The notes under the pieces were generated by a model. The model worked only from the letters and a program-made list of their open reading frames with translations. It did no database searches and was not told the DNA's origin. A stretch of DNA of 64,000 nucleotides from Azolla caroliniana (taxonomy: Eukaryota; Plantae; Polypodiophyta): positions 558,001 through 622,000 of the forward strand of contig JBHGNT010000012.1 in assembly GCA_043228905.1 (NCBI GenBank), given 5' to 3'. Position numbers and translations under genes: made by a program. Of the stretch, positions 12,805 to 25,916 are shown piece by piece; position 1 is the first letter of the stretch; each line of letters opens with the position of its first letter.

Positions 12805-15800
12805 AAACAGAGAATACGCAAGGTAAAAAAGTATATTAGCAAAGGAGAAAGACTCAACATTATACAAGGTGGGAGGAGGATGCTTCATGTAGTCACCCTC
12901 TCTCTTCATTAACTACAAGGCTCATGGAGCATGGGGAATGTGAAAGCTCATAAGTTATGTGTCATAGAATATGATTCTATGACTCATACTAAATGCTAGA
13001 ATACAAAGTGGTGACATAATGGTGACTCTTGACCGTTGAGGTGTCTCTTCACTCTCAAGGTGAGTTCACACACTAGACCAAGTTGAGCTTGATTCTTAAC
13101 ACGCCCCCTCAAGCTCAAGTCGGGTCGGTTTCAGATGGTATCCGAAATCCGCCTCAATTCACGTTCGGGAGTCCACGTTGACTCGCGTTGACTCGCTTTA
13201 TGCGGAGTTGCGGAATCCGTGCTCCAGCTTGCGTTGTCCGTAGTTACGAAGTCTGTGCTTCGGCTTGCGTCTTTCTTCGCGGCTTTGCGCGGTAGATTGG
13301 CTCTTTGCTGCTACGGTGTGTGGTTGCAGAATCTACGCGTTATTGCGTAGTGTCTTCAGTACTCCCCCTCAAGCTTGGCAGATCAGGGATCGTCAATCCG
13401 AGATCGGTCATGAATTGCCATAGCTTGTTGGCTCCTAAGGCTTTAGTGAAGATGTCGGCCGTTTGAAGATTGGTGCTTATGTGTTGTAGGTCGACATCAC
13501 CAGCCAGAATGCGCTCTTGGATGAAGTGATAGTGCACTTCGATGTGCTTTGTCCTCGCGTGGAACACCGGGTTCCGAGCCAGATAGATACTGCTCATGTT
13601 GTTGCAGTAAAGGGAAGTCGGATCCTTGATGGGTACGCCCAGATCCTTCAAAATCCTCTTGAGCCATATAGCTTCACACGCAACTACGGCTGCGCCCCTG
13701 TATTCCGCCTCCGTACTCGAAAGAGCGACGGTGGGCTGCTTCTTGCTACTCCAGGATATTGCTCCGCTGCCAAGGGAGAAAACAAATCCGGAGGTTGATC
13801 TTCTATCGGCTTTGTAGTCGGCCCAATCGGCGTCTGTGTACCCCTCGAGTCGTATTGGCATCGCGGTCTTGTAGAGGATGCCACAATCTATTGTGCCGCT
13901 CACGTACCGTAGAAATCGCTTAGCGCAATCCAAGTGAGTATCACGCGGTGTTTGCATGAATTGGCTAAGGAGACTGACCGGATAACTGAGATCGGGTCGA
14001 GTGATCGTGAGGTAGATGAGACTCCCGATGAGTTGCCGATACTAAGTCGGCTCACACGCTTTGGTGCCGGAGTTCACATCCAGTTTGAGATTACGATCAA
14101 GCGGGGTTGCCATGGATTTGCACTCAGCCATCCCGAACTTGTATAACAAGTTGAGGATGTAGTGCCGTTGAGAGATCATGATTCCGACCGGAGTCCGAAT
14201 TACCTTGATGCCGAGGAAGTAGTGGAGCTCCTTCATGTCCGTCATCTCGAACTTGTCGGAAAGGAGGGATTTGACCTTATTGATTTCGACGAGATGCTCA
14301 CCTCCAATGACTAGGTCATCCACATATAAAATGATGACGATCGGACTTGCAGAATCGCTTCGTATGTAGAGGGAGTTGTCCGATTTTGACATACGGAAGC
14401 CGATTTGATGAAGATATTGCGTTATCTTCGAATGCCAAGCACGCGGTGCTTGCTTGAGGCCGTAGAGTGGCTTCCTGAGTCGGCATACGGCTTTCGGATG
14501 GGTGCTTGAGTTGAAGCCGGGTGGTTGTATCATGTACACCTCCTCTTCTAATTCACCTTGTAGAAAGGCGTCCTTGACGTCCATTTGATGGAGGTGCCAC
14601 CCTTTCGCCGCGGCAAGCGCAATTACGGTCCGCACCGTTGTCATCTTTGCCACCGGGGCAAAGGTCTCTTCATAGTCGACGCCATGCGTCTGAGCGTATC
14701 CTTTCGCTACGAGTCGAGCTTTGTAGCGGTTTACGGAGCCATAGGCATTATACTTCACCTTGTAGATCCATCTGCATACGATCGCCTTTTTGTGTGGTGA
14801 GGTGGGAACGAGATCCCACGTCTCGTTCTTCCGTAGTGCCTACATCTCCTCGTTCATTGCTTCGATCCATTGCGGGTCCTTTGCGGCTTCCGAAAAGGTT
14901 TCCGGCTCACGTACTGTCGCTACCTTCATCATAAAGGCGTAATGGTACGCCATATAATCGTTGTAGCCGAATCGGCTTACGGGGTTCTTTTCACGGGTGG
15001 ATCGGCGGAGTTTTTCATTTGCAGAGATGCTCAGGGCTTTCTTAGCTCCGATTGGTAGCTCGAAACCGCCAAACTCACTGTCGAGTGAGTGAGTTAGGCC
15101 GTGATTTGCTTTGATCGCTCAAAGGCTCTTGTGGTCCGCTCAGTCGGGTCGTGATCGGACATTCTTCGAACATGTGCGTAAGGTGATCTTCATCCTCTAC
15201 CTCTTGTTCGGTGGATTCCGGGTCGAGCGGGGTCAGAGTCGAACTTGTCTTTGGTGCGTACCAGGATGCGGACTCGTCAAAGACGACGTCTCGACTTACC
15301 CAAGATTTTCGAGTTGAGGGGTTGTAGCACTTGTACCCCTTTTGCTCCAATGAGTATCCTACGAGGATACATTTCTCCGACTTTGGGTCGAGCTTTTGAC
15401 GCTTCTCGTCGGGGATGTGCACGTATGCAATGGAGCCGAATATCCGAACATGTGATAGGTTCAGCTTCTTTCCGAAGAATCTTTTGTGCGGAGTGACCTC
15501 GTGCACGCCAGATGTTGTGCACCGGTTCATTAGGTAGACGGCCGTATTTGCCGCTTCGGCCCAATATGACTTGAGCATATGCTTCTCGTTCATCATGGCC
15601 CGTGCTACTTCGAGGATGTGCCGATTTTTGCGCTCGGCTACTCCGTTTTGTTGCGGAGTGTGTCAGCAAGTGAATTCTTGCCGAATTCCTTCCTTTCGGA
15701 GATATGCCGTGAAATCGTCCGAGAAGTACTCCTTGCCGCCATCCGATCGAAGGCATCGTACATGTCGGCCCGTGGCTTTCTCGACTTCATTCTTGAAATT

Positions 15801-17804
15801 TTGGAAGTGTTCGAACACTTCGCTCTTTTGCCGCATCGGGTAGATCCAAGTGTGCCTAGAAAAGTCATCGATGAGGAGCACGCAATAGCGGCATCCGCCG
15901 AATGTCGCCGTTTGAGCCGGACCCCATACATCGGAATGAATTATGTCGAGTACACCTTTGCTCACATTCCGCTCCTTCGGAAATGGGTGTCAGTGTTGCT
16001 TGCCGAATTGGCATGCTTCGCATACACCTTCAATCTCCTTCTCTTTGAATGTCGGGAGTCCGATGACGACTCCTTTCGATTTCATTGCTTTGAGTTTGTT
16101 GAGATTGATGTGGCCGATTCGCTTATGCCATAGCTCTATGTCGGAGTCGGCTTTCATGCTTTTCGCGAACATGGCGGATTTCATCTCGTGCGAATCGAGA
16201 ATGAACATCTTGCCCTCTCTTCTTCCACGTGCGATGATTCGGCCTTCTTTTTCGATGAAGCACCCTTCTTGGTCGAATCGTACTCGCATCCCTTGCTCAA
16301 CCATTTGGTCGACTGAGACCAAATTCTTTGTGATGGTGGGTACATGCAAGACATTTTTAATGTATGTTTGCTTACCTCTTTCGCTGAACGGAACGTTGCC
16401 GATGTGCCGAATCGGGTGCGTAGTGTCATCTCCGGTTTCGACATAACCTGCTCTGGGTCTCGAAGTTTGAGAAACTATTCTTTGTGGGATGTCATATGGT
16501 TTGAGGCTCCGGAGTCAACAAACCATACGTCCTCCGGATTGAGGGCACTAGTTGAGGTAGAGGCCGACATAGACTTTGCTCTATGTTTCATCATGAACAT
16601 TCCGCCACGGTCGGAGTTGTATGTGTACATTCCGCCACGATCCTCGTAGTCGTAGTTGTGCCCGTACATTCCGCTATACTCTTCGTAGTCGGAATTGTGC
16701 GCGTAATTCGTGAGTTGTCTTCTTGTGGAAGCCGATTCACGTATCTTCTTTCGGCACTCTTCTTCGTGGTGGCCGAGCTTACCACAATATCCGCATTCGC
16801 TTGCGTTTTGACGGCTCGAGCCAGAGTGGAAGCTCCCCCTTCTTGCGAAGGTTCCTCGTTGGCCTCCGTTTTGTGGCCGAAATTGGGAGTTGTTGTCGTA
16901 GGTCGGACCTCGTCCGCCTTGTCCTTGGCCGAATCGGCCTCTCGCTCGTCCGCGTCCTCTTCCTCCATTAGAGTGCGTGTAGAGCATGTGGCATTCCGCC
17001 TCATTACTCCTTGTACGCACGTGGTTTTCTTTGACCAATAGCATTGATTGGAGCTCGAAGAAGGAGGGAGATTTATCCTATGCTAGAACAGCGGTTCGCA
17101 TCACGCCGAACCGTGGTGCGAGGCCACCGAGGCATATTTGCACCATCTCATCATCATCTATACTTACGCTTATTGAGCCGAGCGAGTCGCAAAGGTCCTT
17201 GATCTTCAAGGTGTATGTCGTGATGGACATGTCCCTTTGTTGAATGTTGTTCAACTCTTAGCGGAGTTGAAGCTTCCTCGCGGTCGTGTTGGCGGCGAAA
17301 ATCTTTCGTAGATTTTCCCACTCTTCCTTCGACGTCTTGGCTTCTCGAATGTAACCGAGCATGTGGTCGTGAACACATGTCGCCAAGCAATACATCATGC
17401 GGCTTGCGGCTTGCTCCCATGTCGCGTATCCAGGAGCCGCTTCGGCGGGTCGGTCTTCATGCACTCCTTTGATGTAGCTCCAATAGCCTTGTCCGACAAG
17501 GTATTGGTGCATCTTGTACTCCCAAGATGAGAAGTTATTTCGATCCAACTTCTCGGTAAGGAGAGCGCTCCCCATTTGAGTATTTATTATCTCAATTCTT
17601 CTTCTTCTTCTTCTCTCTTCGAATGCGAGCTATGTAGCGAAGCTACGATAGCGATGAGCCGGTTCTTGGTCATCGGCGTGGAGCACAACACATGATCACG
17701 ATGAGGCGAATGGGCTAGATCGAGCTACCAAATCGCTCTGATACCATGTAAAGAATCAAGAGATGGATTCTTGTGAAGTGGAAGAGATGTGAGTTATGTG
17801 TGTG

Positions 17805-17852
<48 letters not shown>

Positions 17853-18149
17853 AAACAGAGAATACGCAAGGTAAAAAAGTATATTAGCAAAGGAGAAAGA
17901 CTCAACATTATACAAGGTGGGAGGAGGGTGCTTCATGTAGTCACCCTCTCTCTTCATTAACTACAAGGCTCATGGAGCATGGGGAATGTGAAAGCTCATA
18001 AGTTATGTGTCATAGAATATGATTCTATGACTTATACTAAATGCTAGAATACAAAGTGGTGACATAATGGTGACTCTTGACCGTTGAGGTGTCTCTTCAC
18101 TCTCAAGGTGAGTTCACACACTAGACCAAGTTGAGCTTGATTCTCAACA
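12701..18149 (-). mobile_element. Copia LTR retrotransposon family 1, copy a (two LTRs, decayed gag-pol)
   Basis: LTRs 12701-13101 and 17747-18149 (TG..CA, ~5 substitutions plus AG-repeat length difference); PBS TGGTATCAGAGC 17735-17746; PPT just after 13101. Flanks AGATG and AGAAC are not a clean TSD. Confidence 0.95.
13340..17575 (-). pseudogene. Copia gag-pol (gag, CCHC, protease, integrase, RT, RNase H) with several stops
   Basis: CGYCGKLGHHEEEC, WFVDSGASNH, WHKRIGH..CEAC, HSDVWGP, SDGGKEY, LYVDDL, ADIFTKAL in Copia order. Confidence 0.93.
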
Positions 18150-18480
18150 AGAACTATCCAACTGTGTTCATTAATACTAATTATTAACTTAGTACTATCC
18201 AACTTTGTTCATTAAGACCAAGTTATAACTTAGGACTATCCTCTCTCATGCATTAGTACTAATCAATCGCTTAGTACTATCCTCTCTTATTCATTTCTTT
18301 TAATTTATAACTTAATACTGTCCTTTCTCGTTCATTTCGTTTAATTTATAACTTAGTACTATCCTCTCTCGTGCATTAGTGGAAATTATGGTTTAAGTCA
18401 TGTTAAGAGATGTAAGGTCCAGTAATGCACTAACTCTGTTTGTTGGCTAATAGCCATGCAAAACACCCAGATACTTCTCA

Positions 18481-19352
18481 TTGACAAACATTAGGATGCA
18501 ATGGAACTACTTCGGGTCTAGACATGGAAAGGGAGAGCACGATGGCGTGGGGGCTGTGATTAAGCGTGCTCTTACAAGTGAACAATTGGATAATAAAGGT
18601 GCGAAGTTACAAAATGCACATGATGTTGTGGAGTGGCTGACATGGAAGATGTCAGATGATGGTAAGAATAGATTTTTTATTGAGGTTGGTGCTAATGAGG
18701 TGGATAGGAGTAAATCGTATGGTTGTAAAACCGTGAAAGGGATGAGCAAGACCCATTGTGTTTTAGGGTTTAGTCGCAGGGACACAACACAATTGTTATT
18801 CCACAGTTTATCGTGCTTTTGTTCCATGTGTTTAGATGACGTTTGGGATGAATGCACCAATCTATCAATTGTGGAGCCATGGAAGCTATAGAAGCTTGAG
18901 ATTGAACAATGTGTGGATATCCAGGAAGACGAACATGCAGACAATATTGTATACTACGACCAATGTGAGGACTTGGCAGTATTATTGGAAGTTGGAGATC
19001 ATTTTGCAGTGTTCAAATCTCCTCAAAATGAAGATTTGAAGACTACTACATTGTGGTGTGCAAGCAAGGAAATACAATATTGGAAGAAGTCGTGAGGGAC
19101 GGTTGGGGCAACATGTTCAACGTTGGTGAATGTGTCGTGTATGGAAACTACTATGCAAAGTTACCACAATGTAAGAACACGTATGCATTATTAAAAGATG
19201 CACCCACTGCAATAATCTATGCCGACGCTGTTATCGCAATCAAGTTCACTATAAGTCAAACAAAGCACAAGGTTAAGGAATACAACACGGTCTACAAGGT
19301 CCCCAAAGAGGTTCACGAACACATATTGGGGGAGGTTTCCATTCATTTGTAG
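18481..19352 (+). pseudogene. Sola2-like transposase, C-terminal part
   Basis: WNYFGSRHGKGEHDGVGAVIKR and SCFCSMC motifs; stop and frameshift near 18891-19053. Confidence 0.7.
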
Positions 19353-20479
19353 GCCAGAGTTTACAAGACATGTGAATGTTACATATGAACAGTGCTTGCC
19401 ATTCTAAGCATTAAAGAGGGAGTTCAACGTTGGTGAGTGTGTCGTGTATGGCAACTACTATGCAAAGTTACCAGAATGTAAGAACACGTATGCATTATTA
19501 AAAGATGCACCCACTGCAATAATCTATGTTGATGCTGTTATCGCAATCAAGTTCACTATGAGTCAAACAAAGCACAAGGTTAAGGGATACAACATTGTCT
19601 ACAAGGTCCCCAAAGAGGTTCACGAACACATATTGGGGGAGGTCTCCATTCATTTGTAGGCCAAAGTTTACAAGACATGTGAATGCTACATATGAACAAT
19701 GCTTGCCATTCTAAGCATTAAAGAGGGAGTTCAACGTTGGTGAGTGTGTCGTGTATGGCAACTACTATGCAAAGTTACCACAATGTAAGAACACGTATGC
19801 ATTATTAAAAGATGCACCCACTGCAATAATCTATGCTGATGCTGTTATCGCAATCAAGTTCACTATGAGTCAAACAAAGACAAGGTTAAGGGATACAACA
19901 CTGTCTACAAGGTCCCCAAAGAGGTTCACGAACACATATTGGGGGAGGTCTCCATTCATTTGTAGGCCAAAGTTTACAAGACATGTGAATGCTACATATG
20001 AACAATGCTTGCCATTCTAAACATTAAAGAGGGAGTTCAACGTTGGTGAGTGTGTCGTGTATGGCAACTACTATGCAAAGTTACCACAATGTAAGAACAC
20101 GTATGCATTATTAAAAGATGCATCCACTGCAATAATCTATGCTGACGCTGTTATCGCAATCAAGTTCATTATGAGTCAAACAAAGCACAAGGTTAAGGAA
20201 TACAACATTGTCTACAAGGTCCCCAAAGAGGTTCACGAACACATATTGGGGGAGGTCTCCATTCATTTGTAGGCCAAAGTTTACAAGACATGTGAATGCT
20301 ACATATGAACAGTGCTTGCCATTCTAAACATTAAAGAGGGAGTTCAACGTTGGTGAGTGTGTCGTGTATGGCAACTACTATGCAAAGTTACCACAATGTA
20401 AGAACACGTATGCATTATTAAAAGATGCACCCACTGCAATAATCTATGTTGACGTTGTTATCGCAATCAAGTTCACTAT

Positions 20480-23400
20480 TGTTGGGAAACTCGACGCTTT
20501 CCGATCGTTCACCTCTAAGCCACAACCGAGGAAACACGGATCAATGCAGCAGAAATAGAAAAACACAGAGAGAGACTCGAATGCACAGGGTTTAGCGTGG
20601 AAAACCCTAGACGGGAAAAACCACGGGAGTGCAAGACTCCAACTATCACTATACGCAGGGAATGTACAATGGCGAGCTGCAAGGCGACGACCTTGAGCTC
20701 GCTGTCCTGGCGGTATTACACAGAGGCGTCGACCTCTTCCTTTCTCTCTCTTTCTCTCTCTCTCGGCTGCTCTCACTTCGCTCCCTCTAAGTGGAAAACA
20801 GAAAAATGAGCAACAACAACAACAAACTGTTTGCCCTAAGTCATATTTATACACATATGACTTTCGGGCTATTTACAACTATAGCCTCAAGGGCCCTTGG
20901 CAAACATATTCACAAATATGTCCCCGCATCCGGATCTCTCTCCGGGTACATTCGTCATCCGGCTCCGTAACCGGGGTCTTCATCATCCGGCTCCGTAGCC
21001 GGGGTCTTCATCATCCGGCTCCGTAGCCGGGGTCTTCATCATCCGGCTCCGTAGCCGGGGTCTTCATCATCCGGATCTGATACCAGGTTCTCCTCATTCG
21101 GGTCTTCATTCCCGATTCCCGGACATCCGACCATCCCATCCGGAGGGACCGTAATCCCAACAAACTCCCCCTTCACTTCGGCATGGGATGTCTTTCCAGT
21201 CCGACCTTCTTTCGGCACGCTTCCAGCTTGTCGGGTGTGAGCACTTTGGTCAGCATGTCTGACCCGTTCTCGTTCGTGTGGATCTTCGTCAGCACGAACT
21301 CCTGGTCTTCTATCCTTTCCCGGATCCAGTGATATCTTCGCTGGATGTGCTTCGTCCGGGAGTGATAGGCCGCGTTCTTCGCAAGGTGGATGGCACTCTG
21401 ACTGTCGCAGTAGAGTCGGTACTCCTCCTGCCGGATACCGAGCTCTCTAATGAAGTCCTTCATCCATATCATTTCCTTGCCGGCTTCAACAACCGCCATG
21501 TACTCCGCCTCCGTGGTTGACAATGCAACCGTCTTCTGCAGCCTCGACTGCCACGAAACAGCTCCCCCTGCATACGTCATCACATACCCTGATGTGGACC
21601 GGCTGGTATCTGCATCAGCCGACATATCCGAATCGGTAAAGCCGTCGAGTTCGGGCTTACCGGAGCCGAATCGGAGGCACACGTTTGCCGTGCCCTTCAG
21701 GTATCAGAGTATCCACTTGGCTGCGTTCCAGTGCTCTTTGCCGGGATTGCTCATGTACCGGCTCACCACTCCGACTGCATATCCTATGTCCGGTCTTGTA
21801 CACACCATTGCGTACATCAAGCTTCCGACGGCAGAGGCATATGGTACTTTCATCATGTCCTCCTTCTCAGCCTTTGTCTTGGGGCTTTGCTTGCTGGACA
21901 ACTTGCAGTTTGTCGGGAGGGTTGACCCGACCGGTCTTGCTTCCGACATGTTGAATCGGTGAAGCACCTTTGTCACGTACTTCTCCTGTGACAGCCACAA
22001 CTGCTTCTTTTTCCGGTCCCGGATGATGTGCATCCCTAGTATTTGCCTCGCCGGACCCAGGTCCTTCATTGAGAAGGTTCGGTGAAGCGCTTTCTTCAGC
22101 ATCCGTATCTTGACCTGGTCCCGTCCAACGATCAACATGTCGTCCACGTACAGGAGGAGTATTAGAAAGTCTCCTCCTTCGAACTTCTTCACAAACACGC
22201 AGTGATCGGACTGCGTTTTGTGGTACCCTTCGTCGGTCATGAAAGAGTCGAACTTTCGGTACCATTGCCGGGGAGCCTGCTTCAGTCCGTAAAGGCTCTT
22301 CTTCAACCGGCATACCAGGTGCTCCTTCCCTTTCTTCTCGAATCCTTCCGGTTGCTGCATGTAGATCTCTTCTTCGAGGTCACCGTGAAGGAATGCCGTC
22401 TTCACGTCCATCTGTTCTACCTCGAGGTCCATGCTTGCCGCTATGCTCAGCACCGTCCGGATGGAGGTCATCTTCACTACCGGGGCAAATATCTCGTCGA
22501 AGTCGACGCCCTTCTTCTGCTGGAACCCCTTCACCACGATCCTGGCTTTGTATCTCGGGGGGTTTCCGGCATCTCCCGGTTTCAGCTTGAACACCCACTT
22601 GTTTCGAAGTGCCCGCTTTCCTTTCGGCAACTCCACAAGTTCATATGTGTGGTTCTCATGCAGGGAATCCATCTCCTCCTGCATGGCACTTAACCACCTG
22701 CGGCTATGGGTGTCAAGCTTTGCTTCTTCAAAACTCTCCGGCTCCCCCTCGTCGGTTAGCAGCACGTGCTCTGGTTCCGGAAATCTCCGGGGGGGCCTTC
22801 TCTCTCTTAGAGGATATCTCCGTTCCGGAGCTTCGGTAACCGGCTCCTCCGTTTCCTCTTCATCCGAATCCATTTCGGGATCGGGGCCGGTTCCGGTATC
22901 AGTTTCATCTTCCTCGGCCGGTTCTGTTTCTTCACCGTCTTCGGCCGGATCCTCGAGTGCTAACCGGTCCCTTGCCGGTCGGGACTGCTCCTCGTAGAGT
23001 TGATCCTCACCGGTCGACTTGGAGCTCTTCATCTTCTTCTCCGACTCCCAGTCGGCGAGTGTCTTGTCCTCCATGAAGATGATATCACGACTCCGGAATA
23101 TCTTTTTGTCGACCGGGTCCCATACTCGGTAGCCGAACTCGTCATCGCCGTAACCGAGGAATATGCATGGCCGGGTCTTTGGATCTAGCTTTCCTCTCCG
23201 GTCCTTTGCCACATGCACATATGCGAGACACCCGAACACCTTCAGATGCCGGTAGGATACTTCCCTACCGGTCCACACTCTCTGCGGCGTGTCTCCGTCC
23301 AAAGGTACTGAGGGTGATCTGTTTATCACGTATGTCGCCGTCGACATTGCCTCAGCCCAACACCCCTTGGGTAATTTCGCATGCGCCAGCATACTCCGGA

Positions 23401-25916
23401 CCCTCTCCATTATGGTCCGGTTCATCCTCTCGGCCAGCCCGTTCAGTTCTGGCGTCTTCGGCACAGTGAACTCGAGCCGGATTCCCTTCGAGCGACAGTA
23501 CTCCTCGAACTGCCCCCGGTATTCCCCTCCGTTATCCGCTCGTATCGCTTTCAGCTTCTTGCCGGATTCCCTTTCCACTCTCGCGTGGAGTTCTTTGAAG
23601 ACGCGCAACACTTGGTCCTTTGTCTTCAACAGTGCCGTCCACAGCTTCCGGCTGTGGTCATCAATGAATGTCACGAAGTACTGGGCTCCGCCATGTGACT
23701 TCGTTTCTACTTGACACACGTCGGTGTGCACCAACTCCAATGGTGCGCTACGTCTCGTCGGTGGCCTTGAGTGGAAGGAGGTTCGGTTCTGCTTACCGGC
23801 CAGGCAATTGGTGCACTTCTCCAGGTGCACATGCTTCATTGGAATAAGGTTGTCTTCTGCAAGCCTCTTCATCCCCTTCTCACTCATGTGGCACAGTCTC
23901 TTGTGCCACAGCTCACCGGCAGTGTCGGCTGCCACGTTCAACTCCTCCGAACACAACCAGGCACTCATAAGATACAGTGTGTTGACTTTCCGGGCCCGAG
24001 CCACTATCAGGCTCCCCTTGCTGAACTTCATTACGCCGTTCCGGATGCTACCTGTGTAGCCTTCATCGTCTAGCCTCCCGGCCGAAATCAGGTTCAATCG
24101 AACCTCCGGAACGTGTCGGACATCCTTCAGCAACATTTTGCATCCGGTCGAGGTTGTCAACCACACGTCTCCTATGCCGACAATCCGGCACGTACCTTCA
24201 TTTCCCATCCGAACACAGCCATGCTCACCGATTGTGTAGGATGAGAAGTATCTTCTTTCCGGGGTCAGGTGGAATGACGCTCCGGAATCGACCACCCAGG
24301 TAGTCTCTTCGCCGGCAATGTTTAGTTCACCTTCTTCGGTGATGAGCATGATCTCCTCTTCACTTGCCGCGAGTGCCGTCGTTCCTTTCCGGTCCTTCCC
24401 TCGCCGATCCGAACCATTCCGGTCCGTGGCTCCCCGGTAAGCACCGTTCCGTTTCGAAGACTTCTTCGAATCGGTGTCGTCGGCTCCGTTGTCTTTTCGG
24501 TAATGCCGACAATTCTTTCGGAAGTGCCCCGGCTTCCCACAGTGGAAGCATGTGGGCCTTCCTCTTGATTGTGACCGGGTCCCCGACTTCTCCCGTCTTT
24601 GTGGACTCCGGTTCCGTTGTCTTCCCCGATCCGATTCGGTAAGCAGCATCTTCGGATCGGAGGCCGGTTCTTTATCTCTCCGACGCGCTTCTTCGTTCAA
24701 AATGCTTGTCTTTACCGTTTGTAGAGACAAGTTATCTTCGGTGCAGGAGGTGCTGAGAGTCACCACCAAGTTCTCCCAGCTTTTCGGCAATGTACACATC
24801 AGGATGATGGCTTGCATTGCATCCTCCAACGGGAACTTGATCGCCGCAAGCTGGTTCACGAATCCCATGAACGTGCTTACGTGTTCCACCATACTCTCGC
24901 CGTCCCGGTACTTGAGGTTCACTATCTTCCTCATCAGGGAGGTCCGGTTCAACGCATTCTTCCTCTCGTAGAGGCCCGACAGCTTCCGCCACATCTCATA
25001 TGCGTTGGTGTCGTTCGCCACATGTTGTAGAACGCTCACGTCGACGTATTGCCGAATGGTTGCAACGACTTTCCGGTTCAGAAGCCTCCATTCCGTCTCA
25101 AGTACCCCCTTGGGTATTTCCGACCTGTCAATCGGTTCATACAGGTCCCGAACAATGAGCAGATCCTCCATCTTTATCTTCCAGTCGGCGTAGTTCTGCG
25201 CATTCAGCACCATTATCCCCGGTTGCCCGCTGCTGCCGCCTTCCATTTTGTGCACTGCAGTCGCTCTGATACCAGATTGTTGGGAAACTCGACGCTTTCC
25301 GATCGTTCACCTCTAAGCCACAACCGAGGAAACACGGATCAATGCAGCAGAAATAGAAAAACACAGAGAGAGACTCGAATGCACAGGGTTTAGCGTGGAA
25401 AACCCTAGACGGGAAAAACCACGGGAGTGCAAGACTCCAACTATCACTATACGCAGGGAATGTACAATGGCGAGCTGCAAGGCGACGACCTTGAGCTCGC
25501 TGTCCTCGCCACAGACGGCGGTATTACACAGAGGCGTCGACCTCTTCCTTTCTCTCTCTCTCTCTCTCTCTCTCGGCTGCTCTCACTTCACTCCCTCTAA
25601 GTGGAAAACAGAAAAATGAGCAACAACAACAACAAACTGTTTGCCCTAAGTCATATTTATACACATATGACTTTCGGGCTATTTACAACTATAGCCTCAA
25701 GGGCCCTTGGCAAACATATTCACAAATATGTCCCCGCATCCGGATCTCTCTCCGGGTACATTCGTCATCCGGCTCCGTAACCGGGGTCTTCATCATCCGG
25801 CTCCATAGCCGGGGTCTTCATCATCCGGATCTGATACCGGGTTCTCCTCATTCGGGTCTTCATTCCCGATTCCCGGACATCCGACCATCCCATCCGGAGG
25901 GACCGTAATCCCAACA
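20480..25916 (-). mobile_element. Copia LTR retrotransposon family 2 (Tnt1/Tork-like), near-intact
   Basis: LTRs 20480-21162 and 25278-25916; perfect TSD ACTAT (20475-20479, 25917-25921); PBS-Met 25263-25274; PPT after 21162; 28-bp repeats in the LTRs (4 vs 2 units). Confidence 0.97.
21173..25246 (-). pseudogene. Copia gag-pol polyprotein with a single in-frame TGA at 21704-21706
   Basis: 1183-aa ORF (CFHCGKPGHFRKNC, VVDSGASFH, HTDVC, ADNGGEY, YVDDML) continues in the same frame into RNase H after one stop. Confidence 0.95.

Noticed and set aside
19115-20479. Repeated 71-aa ORFs as a small gene family or CRISPR-like array
   Set aside because: They are near-identical 307-bp copies of the transposase 3' end with no unique spacers.
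20955-21075. 28-bp repeats as a CRISPR array
   Set aside because: Head-to-tail with no spacers and located inside a Copia LTR.
22202-25193. Many plus-strand ORFs over Copia gag-pol
   Set aside because: Antisense shadows of GC-rich coding sequence with no recognisable motifs.
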